This document shows, in pieces, positions 38,013 through 51,600 of a stretch of 64,000 nt of DNA. The notes under the pieces are model-generated. The model was not told the origin of the DNA and ran no database searches. It worked only from the letters and a program-made list of their open reading frames with translations. Numbering within the stretch: the first letter of the stretch is position 1; each line of letters starts with the position of its first letter. The stretch covers positions 131,502,001-131,566,000 of the forward strand of contig OX597819.1 in assembly GCA_951406725.2 (NCBI GenBank), written 5' to 3'. The translations under genes were made by a program, and so were the position numbers. This DNA comes from Octopus vulgaris. Lineage: Eukaryota.

Positions 38013-38807
38013 TGAAATACTTTAATCAGAGAAAGTGGAGCAGCCATAACCATTTCAAGACCTCTGTTACTGATGACAGGAAGGGAAGAAGCTGTTCTTA
38101 GACTGGAGGAATTGGGCTCAAATGTTTGTAAAAGAGAGGAGCCCAATAAAGGCACCTAAGAGCAGGGTAGTGGTGAGAAATCTGGGTGGCACATTCAACC
38201 TTCCTCCCATCATCATTAAAAATCCGTTTTCCATGCTGGCATGGGTTGGATAGTTTGACAGGAGTTGGCAAGCCAAAGAACTGCACCAGGTGGCTCCACT
38301 TGTCTAGGAGTTGGCATGATTTCTACAGCTGCAGACCCTTCCGAATGACAACCACTTTACAGAGTGTATTGAGTACTTCTTGGATGGCACCATCATGGGT
38401 GCTTTATACATGGCATCACCCATTTGAATTTGGAAAGCCTGAGACTGTTGAAGAATACATTTCCCCAATGTTGGGATTGCAACATTGCTCAAATAACTGT
38501 CTGTGTTCGTGTAATGCCCTCCGTGTAGTTCTGTAGTTTGATAAAGAATCAAATGTTTATGTAAGTAGTTAATTAACAACAACATGGTTTATAATAAACA
38601 TATAAGGACTAATTACTGAACCACGAGAACAGTTCACAACCAAGTATCGATGTCACAATAATCTATGAATTGATTATCAATTCAATACCAATTATTTTCC
38701 CCTGAAATGGGTCAGCAACCAATTGCACAACCTACATCCGCATCATCACAGCAAACCTGTTCCAATCGGATCTTATAAAATGCAAACAGAAAAACTGGGG
38801 AGATAAT

Positions 38808-39015
38808 AATGGTTTCAAATGTTGGCACAAGGCCAGCAACTTTTTTGTGGGGGGAGGGGAGGAGGTAAGCCAGTTACATTGACTGCAGTACACTGACCAC
38901 GCTGAAAGGATGAAAGGCAAAGTCAACTGTGGTGAGATTTGAACTCAGAACAGAGACAGACAAAATTCCGCTAAGCATTTTGCCTAGTGGTGCGGATGAT
39001 TCTGCCAACTTACCA
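38808..39015 (-). mobile_element. SINE family C
   Basis: gaaaggatgaaaggcaaagtc...tttgaactcagaac. Confidence 0.7.
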
Positions 39016-42000
39016 CCCAAATAATAAATTATTAATGCTAATTAAACCCCATCATTTTTCAAATATGAAAAAGATCAACAAATCAGTTTGTAATGTAGAT
39101 TTAAAGAATGGTACCATTCTATGGTGAAGGAGCCATTTACCAAAACCCATTGTTTCTCTAATGGCAGGTCATTGGTACCATTTTCTTTAGGTTCCACCAG
39201 TTTCCTCAATCTGGAATAATAAAAGATAAGATAAGTAAGAAAGGAATAGAGAAAAAACATTGAAGGTAAAACAATTTAATCACAGGTGAGTTTGAAGATT
39301 AAATCATGTTTTTTTTTTTTGACACCTTCTCACAGCCTATGAACAATTCTATAATATTTGAGAAGGTCTGAATTAGGCAATGTGTACATTACAGCTAGAG
39401 TTTAATGAATGTTATCAATAAAAGAAAACATCAATGCATTGAAGCATCGTATAAACTATTAATACACACACACACACGTGCACACATACACACACGTGCA
39501 CATGCACACATACACACACACCCCTGTATATCTGATAATAGTTGATACAAAAGTTGGTTTGATTTCTTCCGTCACACTTCACATCAAACAGAGACAGGGA
39601 CAGAAAGTAAAGAGAGAAACAGAGAAACATAGAAGGTGCAGGATGAGTGCAGATGCTAGGCTTGGTGATAGGCAATGAGTAAAAGAGTACATAGACTGAG
39701 AAAGAATCATTGAAGAGAAGGAGGAGGAGGGAGAAGAGAGTAAGTGACATCAGGTTATATAATTAGTAAATTTGTTTTATTTAATGTAATAAATATTTTT
39801 TTGGCATTTTGTAGTTTTAAGAAATTATTGATAAAAAGGGAAGTTATAAATGTTGTCTGCCCCATTTCCTGATATTGCCCCAGGGTGGTAAAATATACTT
39901 CCAACGTTACCCGTCATGTCACAAGTAACACTCTAGTGTGTGTGTGCATGGGTTAATATTGTAGAGTAAGTTCATATGCTTTAGTTTTATTGATCGGTAT
40001 GCCTTTAACGAGCAGCTAATTAACAATGTTAGTGCCAGTAGGAAACTAAGAAAAATTACATTCGTGGAAAATTGTTGAAATGAAGACTAACTTACTGACC
40101 AACTTACTAAGAAAATTATCTATATGTATATACACACACAGAGTATGTATATGTATATATATATATATATACACGTGTGTGTATATATATATCTATATAT
40201 ATATACACGTGTGTGTATATATATATATATATATACATACACACACACACAATCTAGCCCTATATAAATATATACTATCAACACAGAGCAATGAACTTGT
40301 GTAATCAAAAGTCAGCTGTTTAATCTTTGTCAAAAATATTCATCAATGAATGAACCACCTGCACCACCACCACCAGAAAATAGCTTTTACTGATCAACTT
40401 TGATGAATGAACTGTCCTACATCTTACAACAGACCTAAACCAATGAAGCACACAAGTTGTTGAATAAACCATTCACATATGGCTGAGAGTGTAAAGCTTT
40501 TCTCTAGCAAAATAGTTTATAGTGCTTATTGATCTTTCTAACAATGTCAAATTAAACAAACCCATCGCATTACTTCCTCAAACACTTCAGCCTAAACTGA
40601 TGTTTTTCTTCTAAAACTGATTTTAAAATCTTTAACAGATATCCAACTTAATCCTAAACCAAAATCCAACATCACTTCTTTTAAATCAAAACCAAAATTT
40701 TCCTCATCCACATCTTCAGTTTAAAAAATAAAGTTTTGCTAAATAAACTGAATTCAATAATATATAGACATCTGCTTCTTTTATTTCAAGTTAAACAATC
40801 TGCTTGCATAATTCAAAGTGAAAAGCCCTTCTTGTTTTAGAAAAGTTTCCTAAATGTTAATAAAACTATAACCTGACAAAAAAAAAAGTTCACTTGATAT
40901 TTCTGATAAATAAAAATCTTTTAGGATATTATTGAGTTGTCAGAGAATTATCTTAGCAAAACGTAAGAGGGATGGTTAGCAAACCACATCCAGACATTTT
41001 AAAACAACAAATAATCTAAACTGTTTGATATAGTTATAACTTATTTAAAAAAAAGTCTATAATTACAAAATGTTAAAATTAAAACTCCAAATTACTGAAT
41101 GGTAATGCTTTAATCCCTGGCATCAGATTTGATTAAATGAATGAAATAATGATAACGAGGGTCATGGCATACGAGAAATGAATTCATGTTGCTCTTGTTG
41201 AAAGAGAAATCCAATCAAAAAATCTATCAAACAAATTGTTTGAAATATCATAGAATAGAATTTATTCCTGCTTTTAAAAACTTCTGCAGAATACCTAACC
41301 AAATAGGTTTCATTTTAATATAAATTCTAACGAAGGAAGGTGCGACAATTAAGAAGCTGGAAATATGTGAGGAGTGAGGGACTGAAAAGCATTTCTGTTT
41401 TGTCAGTTTATCTCCCTGGCAAGGAGGTAGTAACTCTCCATCACCACAAAGTGTGATAGGGGAAAGTATTCTGTCACTAACAGCATGCCATCAACAAATG
41501 TCTAAATTAGACACAACTGTCCGACCCTTTCATCAGTGAAAACTACACAAAGTTCTGCTTGGATGTTTAATACATAAAACAATTGATCTTTTAAAAATCT
41601 TTATTTGGAGGTGGTCATAATTTCTCTTTTAATGAGAGATTAATAAGGGAGATTGAAATATTTGGACAACAGCCAACAATATATACATAAAACATCGACA
41701 ACTGAATATTAATGTAGATACAATGTTTTATATATATATATATATATCATAATAATGTGCACACACAAGGTCTGTGTGCATGTGGCCTTTTGTCTTACAA
41801 GGTACAAGATGACCTCACTGGTGGTGGTTTGATAAAATGCTCCCAGTAAACTCTGTACAGTGGTTAGTGACCCAAAGGTTACATGGTTAACAAGATTCTC
41901 CAGCCGTGTGGAGGGCATGATAAGCTCCCCAATGTTGAGGCTTTTGACAAAATGCACCCAGTTCAATGTGGGTAACATAGCTGAGCTTATGATGGGCATC

Positions 42001-42699
42001 TCAGCTGCTGAAACTATGTAGAGAACTAAGATGTGGATGAAATGGTCCTCTGAGACCTGTCCACAAGGGCAGTCACTTCAAATCGACCATGATGAGTCTC
42101 CCCATCCAACCACTGACCGTATGAGAAATGGACGTAAAGATGACCAATACAAGAAATTTATGATTTTAAATTGCACTCAATGAACCAAAGGAGTACTCAA
42201 TATCAGAAAAGGGGGCAATAAGTTTTTTTAAAAATCATCATCACTCTTTCTACATACATTTGGAACTAAAAGGTGAGAACTGGATTTCAAAGAACACTGT
42301 AAAAAAATTAAACTACCTTAAAAAATGATTATGTCCATATGCATAAATATATATGCACACACACGCACTTTAGCAGAGGATTTGAACAGAATGAAGAGAT
42401 GAACTCTCAGATTGTGATGTAAAGAAATATATCTACAAGGAATTTCAAGAAGAAAGCCCAGTAATTATCTACTGGTTGGTCTAAGGGCTAAATTGAGTTT
42501 ACATTGACCTGCAACAGAAACGCACAAATTCTACTGAAGAAAGACGTACATTATATTGTAGTGCACCCGAACACTATACACAATAATTTCATTATTATTA
42601 TTTTTGAAACGTAGAATAATGAGTTTCGGTCAAAAGCTACAACAGCAGATAGATGAAAGTTAGCAGAGGATAAGAGTTGATCACAGCACAGTATATGAC

Positions 42700-44118
42700 T
42701 TTAAAGAGAAAAAGATAATTGAGTGTATAGGGCAGCTAATTATTGTTATGAGACAACAGAATGTAAACCAGATATCTAGGTGGACAGGTGGGTCAAGGCC
42801 CTGCTCAGCCATGGTGCGGAGATGGGTTAAAGGATTGACAACAAAATATGGAAAAACTCAATATTTTATGCAGGATAAAAGAGAAAATAGTATTGGATTG
42901 TCTGAAGTAACATAAGATTTTGTTGCATAAATGGAAAAGAAGGGCCACTTGAAGTGATGAGAAGAGAAAGAAAGCATGGAAATATAAAGAACTCTAATAA
43001 ACGACTGTCTTAACACTTCAAATTCTACAAATGACTGGTGTAGCAGAATCTATATCAGATATGGGTAAGGGTTAAACCCTAGAGAGGAGCTTTATGTTAA
43101 TGATTGGAAGAGGCAGATCTTGTAAAGCTAGTGAGAATGTAAAATACCTAAGCTGAAAGTACACAGAGGACTGTCTTAGCCATGTGACTGCGAGCAGCTG
43201 TGTCAAAGGTAAAAAAGAAAAATTCCTCAGAGGAGTCACACATTAAAGAATTGAAATAACAGAAGTAGATGTCTTGAGAAAGTTAGTAAGAATATAAAAT
43301 ATCTCAGCTAAAATATACAAGCGTTCCCCAGCCACCAAGACTGAGAGCACCTTGCGGTCAAGAGTAAAGGAAAACACTAGAGAAAGCAGCAGAGGTTGAT
43401 GGATTGAATGACTGAAAGGATGGATGTGATAAAACGAGTTCAAAACAGAAGAAATCTGAACTGAAGATACAACTTGATTTCAGACACGGTTTATACACAG
43501 CAATGAGAAGGGCAGATAAACAGTTATTGAGTAGTTCAGAGCATCTAAGGGCTGAAAGCACATCGGCCAAGAGTTAAGGGGTGTATTATGGGCGGTAAGA
43601 ATTACAGCGTAGAACTCAATATCTCCGCATACTTGGTCCAAAGAGTTAAGGATGTGAGGAAATATATTTATGCAGATCTACAACAGAGCTGGGGCAAGTT
43701 TTTAAAAAATCCCAACAGCTTTCAAGAAATTACAGAGAAAGAGTTAAAGTTGTGAGATATCATCAAAGTGGAAGATTTTCTAACTTTAAATGGCAACAAA
43801 GGATTTCTCTCTGTTCATTGTGAAAAGGTGTGTAAATGTGTTGTTATAAGGTTGTGGCAGAAGGGCAGCAGTTGTAATTGAACAGGAAAGAGCCCAATAT
43901 GATCAACTGGATGTAAGCGGCACCGATATAGGATACTGACAAAACCATTGGGCAGTTAAAGGATATTTTGGTTAGGAGAGAAACTTGATGATGTGATGGT
44001 ACTTGTGGTGGTGATGAAGCCATGTCCGAATATTGGACCTCAAAAATGAGTTGACACAGGAAGAATAACAAGGGAAGATGCACCATTGCAAACTCAACTA
44101 AGTATTAAAAGCAATGCT
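42700..44118 (+). mobile_element. highly decayed RTE-like LINE remnant
   Basis: Purine-rich stretch with traces of RTE C-terminal coding sequence, ending in (gat)n at 44120-44138. No intact ORF; boundaries approximate. Confidence 0.35.
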
Positions 44119-44590
44119 ATGATGATGATGATGATGATATCAATTTTAAGGTTAATTACTTTGGAAGGCACTTTTGGTATAAAAGACGATAACTTTGAAT
44201 TTACTACAGGCAAAAAATTATATCAAACAGCAAACTCCATTTAAAAGTCGGAATGTAAGTTTAAAAGCAATGTGGTTTGGTCAATTTAACTAAAGTTAAG
44301 GTCTTAATAGAAGCTATTTTTCTGCTGTGCCTCTCTGTTTAATGGCAAAAATGAAATAGAAAAAAGTCTGAGACAAATGGAATATGAAATTTATTAGATG
44401 AATTCTTATTTTCAAAATGAAAAGCTAGAGAGTCTATATGCATGCTGTGCCAAAGTTCTCTTTTCATTTTTTTTTTCTCTATAAAATAAAAAAATAAAAT
44501 AAAAATAGGAATAAATAAAAGAAAAACAAAATCAAGAAAGCACCACGTTGGTGAGTTTCTTCGACATGTCATTTAACAATTTAGAAAGTC

Positions 44591-44596
44591 TTTATT
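44591..44596 (-). terminator. candidate HEXIM polyadenylation signal
   Basis: AATAAA on the minus strand followed by a strong T/GT-rich downstream tract. An alternative site lies at 45511-45516. Confidence 0.4.
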
Positions 44597-45631
44597 GTGT
44601 AAACGGTTTTGGAACAATGAGTTGCGGTTGTTTTTTTTTTACCTTGCTTAAAAAAAAAAAACAATGAAAACATTGGAATATATATTTACAAAAAGGAAAA
44701 AAAAAAAAAGTGGGAAGGAGATGAGTTGTCCTTGCGAAAAGAGTGCAGGATTCTAAGAAGAGGTAGGAGATAAAAATGTCAACTAAGATTGGCGTGGATA
44801 ACAGTTCGAACCCCAACAAGAAATGATCTGAAGTGTTTGTTTGTTGAAGGTACTTGCAGAATTGACAAGTCGATGATAATCAAAGTTCCATTCTGTAAGA
44901 CAAGAGGTTTGCAAATAGCGCCAATAACAGAAAACATGGGGCCTCCTACGAGTTAAGAACTGTTGGGTACCGATATTATTATTATTATTGTAACACTCAT
45001 AATAACTAGTGGGGACAAAAATGAGGGGTGGGAATAAACAAAACTCAGTTTCTCTCTCTCATTCTTGCGATCTTGTTAACATCTGTTGGATTGGTGGTGG
45101 TGGTCATATGGAGGAGGAGGAGGAGGAGGTGGATTTGGTAACAAACTGACAAGTTGGCAGTTTTGTTGTTGTCTCTTGATCTCTTTCACACATCAACATT
45201 AAGTTTGTAAGATTTAGTTTGAAATCAAAAGCACAGATACCTAGTAGTATTTACTAGGGACCCTTATTAATAACTAATTCTGCTAAAATACTCCTAAAAC
45301 AAAACAAAAAAAATCCCTCAACAACGAATGTTTTGAGAGTTTTTGGCTCATTAGGGAGGAAAAAAGTTTGAGAGAAGATTTAAAATACAAGAACTTCCAA
45401 CAAAAACAAAAGGGGGAGGGGTTAGAGCCAAACATCCTAATTAATTAATTAATTAATAATAGTTGTTTTCCCCGCAAACAGTAACAGGTTGATCATTTCA
45501 TGTGTAAAACTTTATTGAAAATGAATAAACATTGACTGATCGAAACCCAAATATTTCCTAAAATGTCAAAAGTTATTTATTATAAATAATTTATATTGAA
45601 ACAGTTTTAGTTGGGTTGAAATGTTGTGAAG

Positions 45632-45708
45632 AGCTAAAAAGAAATTGTCTTAATTAGCTAAAAGAAATTGTCTTAATTAGCTAAAAAGAAATTGTCTTAA
45701 TTAGCTAA
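45632..45708. repeat. 24-bp tandem repeat (agctaaaaagaaattgtcttaatt), 3 copies, in the HEXIM 3' region
   Basis: Direct reading. Confidence 0.9.
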
Positions 45709-46839
45709 GGTTGAACAATGAAAGTTTGGTTGAGATGCAATAATAATTGGGCACGTGTTGTTAATTATTATCATTATTATTAATTGCTATCCAGAATTAG
45801 ACAGAAGCAGCTGCAGTCGGAGCGAAAACCAAAACAAAACGGGTTCGATATCCATCCACTCCTAAACTGCTCGGCCAATTAATTAAGACAAAATTGCAAG
45901 TTGTTTCTTTCTTTCTTTCTTTTTTTTCTTTTTTGTTTTTTTTTTTTTTTTGCTTCGTATAAATAATTAAAGAAAAACAGAATGAACAGACACTTAACAT
46001 TATTATTGATTCAAATAAGCGTCACAAGTGGTTTTGAAATGGTAAAATTATAATGAATCGCTAATTATTCTTAGCATAAATAACCAAAGTGAAAGATTAC
46101 AGAATTGATTTTTTTTTTTTAAGAAAAAAAAAAAAAAATTGTTTACACAAAATTGATATGGAATAAAAATATTCACAAATGATTTGTTTACATGTGTTGC
46201 ATGATTGTTATTGAAATATTAGTTGTCGATGAGAGAAAACAGAAAAAAAAAAAAATAGATGACATGTGGGGAGAGAGAGAGAGAGAGAGAGAGAAACTAT
46301 AAGAAGTTAATTAAAACCTGATAATTAATGACATATGCCCCTCACTGCCTTCTCTTGAAATCGATCTCAACCTTAAATGATTTGTTTATGTCTGATTTGA
46401 TAGAAATGGTAACGAAAAAGCAATCGATTTTGGTTTTGTCTGTTATTTCTTGTTTTCTTCTTCTAAATGAAAGAATCCGATGCAAAAATATACAAAAGCC
46501 CAACTTATTGTATCAACATTAACAAATTAATTAGTGGCACGGTTCGATTTTTTAACTGAAATAATTGTTAATCTGGAATGCCATGGTTACCAACTGAAAA
46601 TAACATTTGTTTTGTTTAAAAAAATAAAATAAAACGGGGGGGGGAGTGGATTTGAGTGTTCAATGATCAGGAAATAGTAGTAGTGAGTGTGTATATGTAT
46701 GTATATACATGAGTGTTTTGTGTATATGGACAGGGTAATTAAAAGAAAATAAAGTTGTGTGTAATGAGAGAAAGAAGAGCGAAGGGAAGAAAAACAGAGA
46801 GAGGGAGAGAGAGTACGAGTGAGAGAGAGAAAGAGAAAG

Positions 46840-46879
<40 letters not shown>

Positions 46880-47019
46880 GCACTGCACAGGTTTTTCTGA
46901 GACATATTTCCTAACTAACCTTCAGACACCTACATTAATGAATGGATCTTGCAAGTTTTAACAGAAAGAAATATATATATAGACAGATATATATATATTG
47001 GTGTGTATTCTGGCCAGAG

Positions 47020-47796
47020 TTAGGTGACTGTGAAACATTTCTTGAGTTTTTCATTCTCCACTTTGAGGCGTTCATTCTCTGCAAGTAATCGCTGCAACTC
47101 ATCCCGAAGAATTCGCTTTTCGCAATCCATCACCTCTTCTTCGCTACTCACAGAATAATGTTCATTGGAACCGTCGCTCGGTTTTTTGTGTAAGTTGTCC
47201 TTCTCTTTTAGTTTTGTTTCTGCTCTTTCTAACTTAGACTCCAGTTCTATGTATTCCTTAATCAGGGATTCCTTCGACATACTCTGCAACCGTTCGGCAT
47301 GGATGTTGTCGTAAGTCTCAGAGAATTCCCGAGCAATAAAGTTTTTCTCTTCGTCTGTACTTTCATAATCCTCCGATGAATCACAGCTGGTGGAAGGATC
47401 TTTCGCGTGGCGAACTTCTTCCTGCATATAAGGCGACCTCACCGGTTCGTTTTTAATGTGATCATCCATTAGAAACTGTGTTGTGTTGTAAGGAGCTCGC
47501 GGATGTCCTGATGCGAAGGCTTCCTCGCGCTTCTGTGTGGCTCGTTGTGTCTCTCTTTCATCCATCTCTTGTCTCTCAGACCAAGTCATCTTGTTGTAAG
47601 GTTTCCATTTCCGATGATGCCTTTTACCACGACGGTGCTTCTTCTTACGATTCCCATTTCGACAGTGCAGTACACCAGAATCTGACATTTGTTTACCCAC
47701 ACTCTCAGGATCGGAACCTTGGTTTTCCGAGAAATCCACGTCGGAATTCTGCATGGGCATTTCGTGTTTCATCTCGCTTTGCGTTTCCTTATCCAT
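47020..47796 (-). CDS. HEXIM: HEXIM protein (7SK snRNP / P-TEFb inhibitor), uninterrupted CDS, 258 aa
   Basis: Basic RNA-binding motif KKKHRRGKRHHRKWKPY, APYNTTQFLM (PYNT), acidic region, FSETYD..HAERLQSMSKESLIKEYIELE and a C-terminal coiled coil. First ATG is at 47796 with an in-frame stop upstream. Confidence 0.96.
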   Translation of the reverse strand: MDKETQSEMKHEMPMQNSDVDFSENQGSDPESVGKQMSDSGVLHCRNGNRKKKHRRGKRHHRKWKPYNKMTWSERQEMDERETQRATQKREEAFASGHPRAPYNTTQFLMDDHIKNEPVRSPYMQEEVRHAKDPSTSCDSSEDYESTDEEKNFIAREFSETYDNIHAERLQSMSKESLIKEYIELESKLERAETKLKEKDNLHKKPSDGSNEHYSVSSEEEVMDCEKRILRDELQRLLAENERLKVENEKLKKCFTVT

Positions 47797-47799
47797 TAT

Positions 47800-48300
47800 C
47801 AACCGTTCACGTCAATCACAAATGATTCGTCGTTTTTCCAAAAGCCAGTAACTTCTAAATTACAATAAAAGCAATTGAAGTTAAAGCTGTACATCCCAAC
47901 AAAGTCTAAACGGTTCGCAGTTTTCATTGGCGACTGCCGTTTACTTGCACGCTGCTTCTAGATATAGATATATATAGACACACACACCCTACATTTAACG
48001 CCTTCCGTCACAATGCGCGACGAAAAGTAGTGCAGTTGCTGTCAACTGCTCTTCAATTACAATTCGAAAGATGAATTTTCAAAAAATATTTCATCAAACT
48101 GTTAATATTTATTTCAAATGAAAACATTAAGCTGCACAGAAAAACAATTATATATCACTGTCAGGATAACATGAGAGGAATATTAGTAAAATGTGCGGAA
48201 TTATATGTAAATAGTGCATCGATTTAATGATTGGACGGAATTGGGGAATAAAGGGAAGTTACTCCGGGAAAGAACTGAGTTTTATTTTGATTTATTTTCA
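47800..48300 (-). promoter_or_regulatory. putative HEXIM 5' UTR / promoter
   Basis: CpG-retaining, repeat-free sequence directly upstream of the CDS, with CCAAT on the minus strand near 48230 and a GAGTAACTTCCCTT motif at 48251-48264. Confidence 0.45.
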
Positions 48301-51300
48301 TTTTAATTAGATTTTAATTTCGTCCTCAGTTTTAATTAATAAATTTGTTGTTTGGTCACATTAATTGCGATATGAAGGTGGATTGCTTGGTAAACATTTT
48401 TTTGGTGGGTGGTGGAATCAGAATTATGTAATATGAAAAGCGAGAAATGACATTAACAATAAACGAAAACAAGATTTCGTAAACATGACACCGTTTCTTT
48501 AACGCAAATATCTTTGGTTCTTGAAAAACCGACGGAAAAATAATAAAAAAAGCTTCTCAGAGATTTCCTAAAACATTTTTTGTTATTTAATGGCATTGAT
48601 TTAAGAGTATAAATTATATTTCCTAAAATTATTTATTATGGTGAATCATAACAGAAGAGTGGGGCCTTCTTTCACCTGACATCTCCCAGCAAACGTCACA
48701 GACCTTAATTCACAAAATATTATCTCATTAATTTAGATTCTTCGGGATTTTGTTGATTAAATCTTTTTAATTAACCAACAATAGCGAAAACGCGATTTAA
48801 TATTTTTCATCTATTTTTAAGAAATATTCCTCTGTTTATTTTCCTTTAATTTCACAGTAATTTATTCACCTACATTATTTTCTGGTTGTATTTAAATTAC
48901 AAAGCCATCTTTACTTCTTTGATGCAATTCTATAAATACTAATTAGAATTAAAAACAAAAAAAGAAAGAAAATTACAAAACTTGGTATTCCTTAATAAGT
49001 TTTTGTTCCTGGTCGATTTTAATATCTTAAACAAGTGAAATTAATGCATTAATTGCAGATTTTTATCGAATACTATCATTAAAGTAATATTTTTTTAATA
49101 GAAATTTCCGTACCTCTTTAAAGAAACATCATGTAATACCAATATACAACATTAAAGCCAAATATATATATATATATAAGGCGTTTAACGTATTTATCTT
49201 TGAGTTTCTTATTCTTTTGTAGATTTTTATATCTTTTAAGACATAATTTGATGGGTCTACACATTTATTATTTTTGAGGTAATGTTTTTAAAGCGTGTGT
49301 GCGTGTGTGAGCACCGAATAATAAACAAGACGTTAATTCGCAGCAACCTGAAAAGCATTCACTGGTTTCTATACTTTTCTATCTTATAATTACAACTCAT
49401 TAAACATTTTTGAACCTCAAAACATCCCATTCCCTCATTTCTATGAGCCTGCAATAGTGGTGGGGATACCTGATTTTTTTAAACGTACCAAGTGGTTATT
49501 ATTGAGGCTTGCCTGGACAGTGTGTGTGTGTGTGTAAATTTAAAACTTGGATGTACAAAAAAAAAAAAATACAAAATGGGAATTGGAACAAACTTGCAAA
49601 TTGTCAGTCAATTCTTTATTTCCTTAATGCTGCTGCTATTGTGGTGATCTGTGAATGAACAGATCCATGTTTAAAGGGATTCCATCCATGAACCTTCCAT
49701 CTATTCAGGCAGTTTATCCAAGAATATGTGATCCAATGTATGCTTCTGTTATAATTTTGTAGGATATGATTTCAGGGTTATTTCTATGCTATTTCTCGCA
49801 GGGTCGGAAGAATGCAAGAGTCCTCGGTTCTTCCTTATCCTGGGACAATTACCACTTTTATTTTACTTTCCTGATTTTTCTTATCAAGTTGTTCAACCGA
49901 AAGCGAACATATATTTCTGTGTCATCATTGCAAACTCAACACAAATGACAGTTTTTCCATCAGATGTCATCTTAACAGGTGTCCCTTACATTGTGGCTCT
50001 GTACCGGAATCATACAAGCTGTCTTTCAATGATCTGCATTCCCATTTCTTGAATGTCACCTTGGTTCTGTTAAATCCTATTTCCCAGTCAATTATTTCAT
50101 TTCCAAATTTCCCAACTTGCATCTCCATCAGGTGGTAGCTGCTCACTTGTAACCATTTTTAATGTTGTGGGAGGTGTTAGGTTGATGTATCCTTTTCTCC
50201 AAGTTATTCCTACTTGTGATTTCAACCTCCAGAGGTCTGACAAATTTTACCCTTTTAATACCAACCCGGCTGAAATCGGCTCTGGATCTGTAATACAATG
50301 CCTTGTTTTCAAAAGTTCTGAATTAAAATCTTCCATCAAACCTTGGTCACACTTTATGTTCCTAGCACTAGCTTAATGATAACCAAGTTATTTTACTAAA
50401 TTCTTTGTTATATACAAAATTAATTGAAAGAAGCACAGAGCATCTCAACAGAAATATGGTAACAAAAGGGTGAAAGAAGTTCTGAGGCAACTCTGTTTGG
50501 TTGAATACAGGGTACTGTTCAGAGAAATCCTGTTTCAGTGAGGTCTCATATTCATAGCAGAATTGTGGGCTCTCGTTAACATGTCGTTTGGGAGCTGAGT
50601 AATGTTTTCTTGGCAGGTGTAGTGATTATGTCTTTTTGTTGTTGAAGATGATAAAGATTCACAAAACCCCATTAGAAGATACTTTTAATGACTCTATTCA
50701 AAGGGTCAGTGCAGATTTAAAATGAGATATCCAAGTTTGGTGGAGAAAGATAGGGAGGCACGAAAAGTGGTGTCACGGGCATTGTTGGGACACATGAATA
50801 CACAACCTCAACAAAGCAAGGACTGCATTACAAAATCTTTCTTCTTCCCCAGAACCAGTTGAGGCCTTGAAAGCTTTTAATCCTTTACAAAGTTCAGGTG
50901 ACATCAACAGTAGAGTGCTGTTTCTATGTCAGAGGTTTTGCTGCTGCCACATAAAGATCATCACATTCAAAGAATGACCCCCTTTGAAGTGGTGAATGCT
51001 AATTAACACATTCTAATTATGTAGATCTTACCCATGTCAGAAGCTGTAAAAGCCAAGGGTATGGCCCCTTCCTTCCAATAAAACCAATGCGAAAATAAAA
51101 TTATGGTATTGATTATTTTAAGCCAGTAACACAATGAAATAAAATATTGATTCCATTCAATCTTTTGCATTTTCTCTTCCAGTAAATTTAAGATTAATTC
51201 ATTTTATGTCTGTTTTTTCCGTACTGGCATGGATTAGAAGGATAGATTATTTTACAGTCAGATGTACTGATTAAAGTTGATCCTTGTTTTTTGAGTAAAG

Positions 51301-51386
51301 ATTTTCATTGCACATGCCTTTGAAGTGAACAAGATTTTGTAGAGTGCAAAGAAGACAGACAGATATACATACAAACAAAGGGTATT

Positions 51387-51600
51387 AGGGGTATTTAAGG
51401 ACATATTTGATAAATCAATAAAACAACTTTAATCTCGCAAAAACCAAGGATGTTTGAATATAAATTTGTGCATATATTCTCATTAAGGTTTCTTATAAGA
51501 TCATTCAAAGAATCCACCTTCAGCTTCAATGCAGGACCACAACTGTTGACACATTGGCACTAAATGGTCCTTATACATTTCAGAAATCAACTGGACAAGG
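51387..51600 (-). mobile_element. Tc1-like transposon 3' remnant
   Basis: Minus strand encodes CQQLWSCIEAEGGFFE*, like the Tc1-family transposase C-terminus. Confidence 0.5.

Noticed and set aside
43650-43659. GGATGTGAGG, resembling the 5' end of vertebrate 7SK, near HEXIM
   Set aside because: Only 10 nt match. No convincing 7SK stem or Pol III terminator follows, and it lies within a probable decayed LINE.
47478-47825. 115-aa + strand ORF
   Set aside because: Antisense shadow of the HEXIM CDS.
49740-50560. possible old LINE endonuclease fragment on the minus strand
   Set aside because: Only faint motif traces; too degraded to call.
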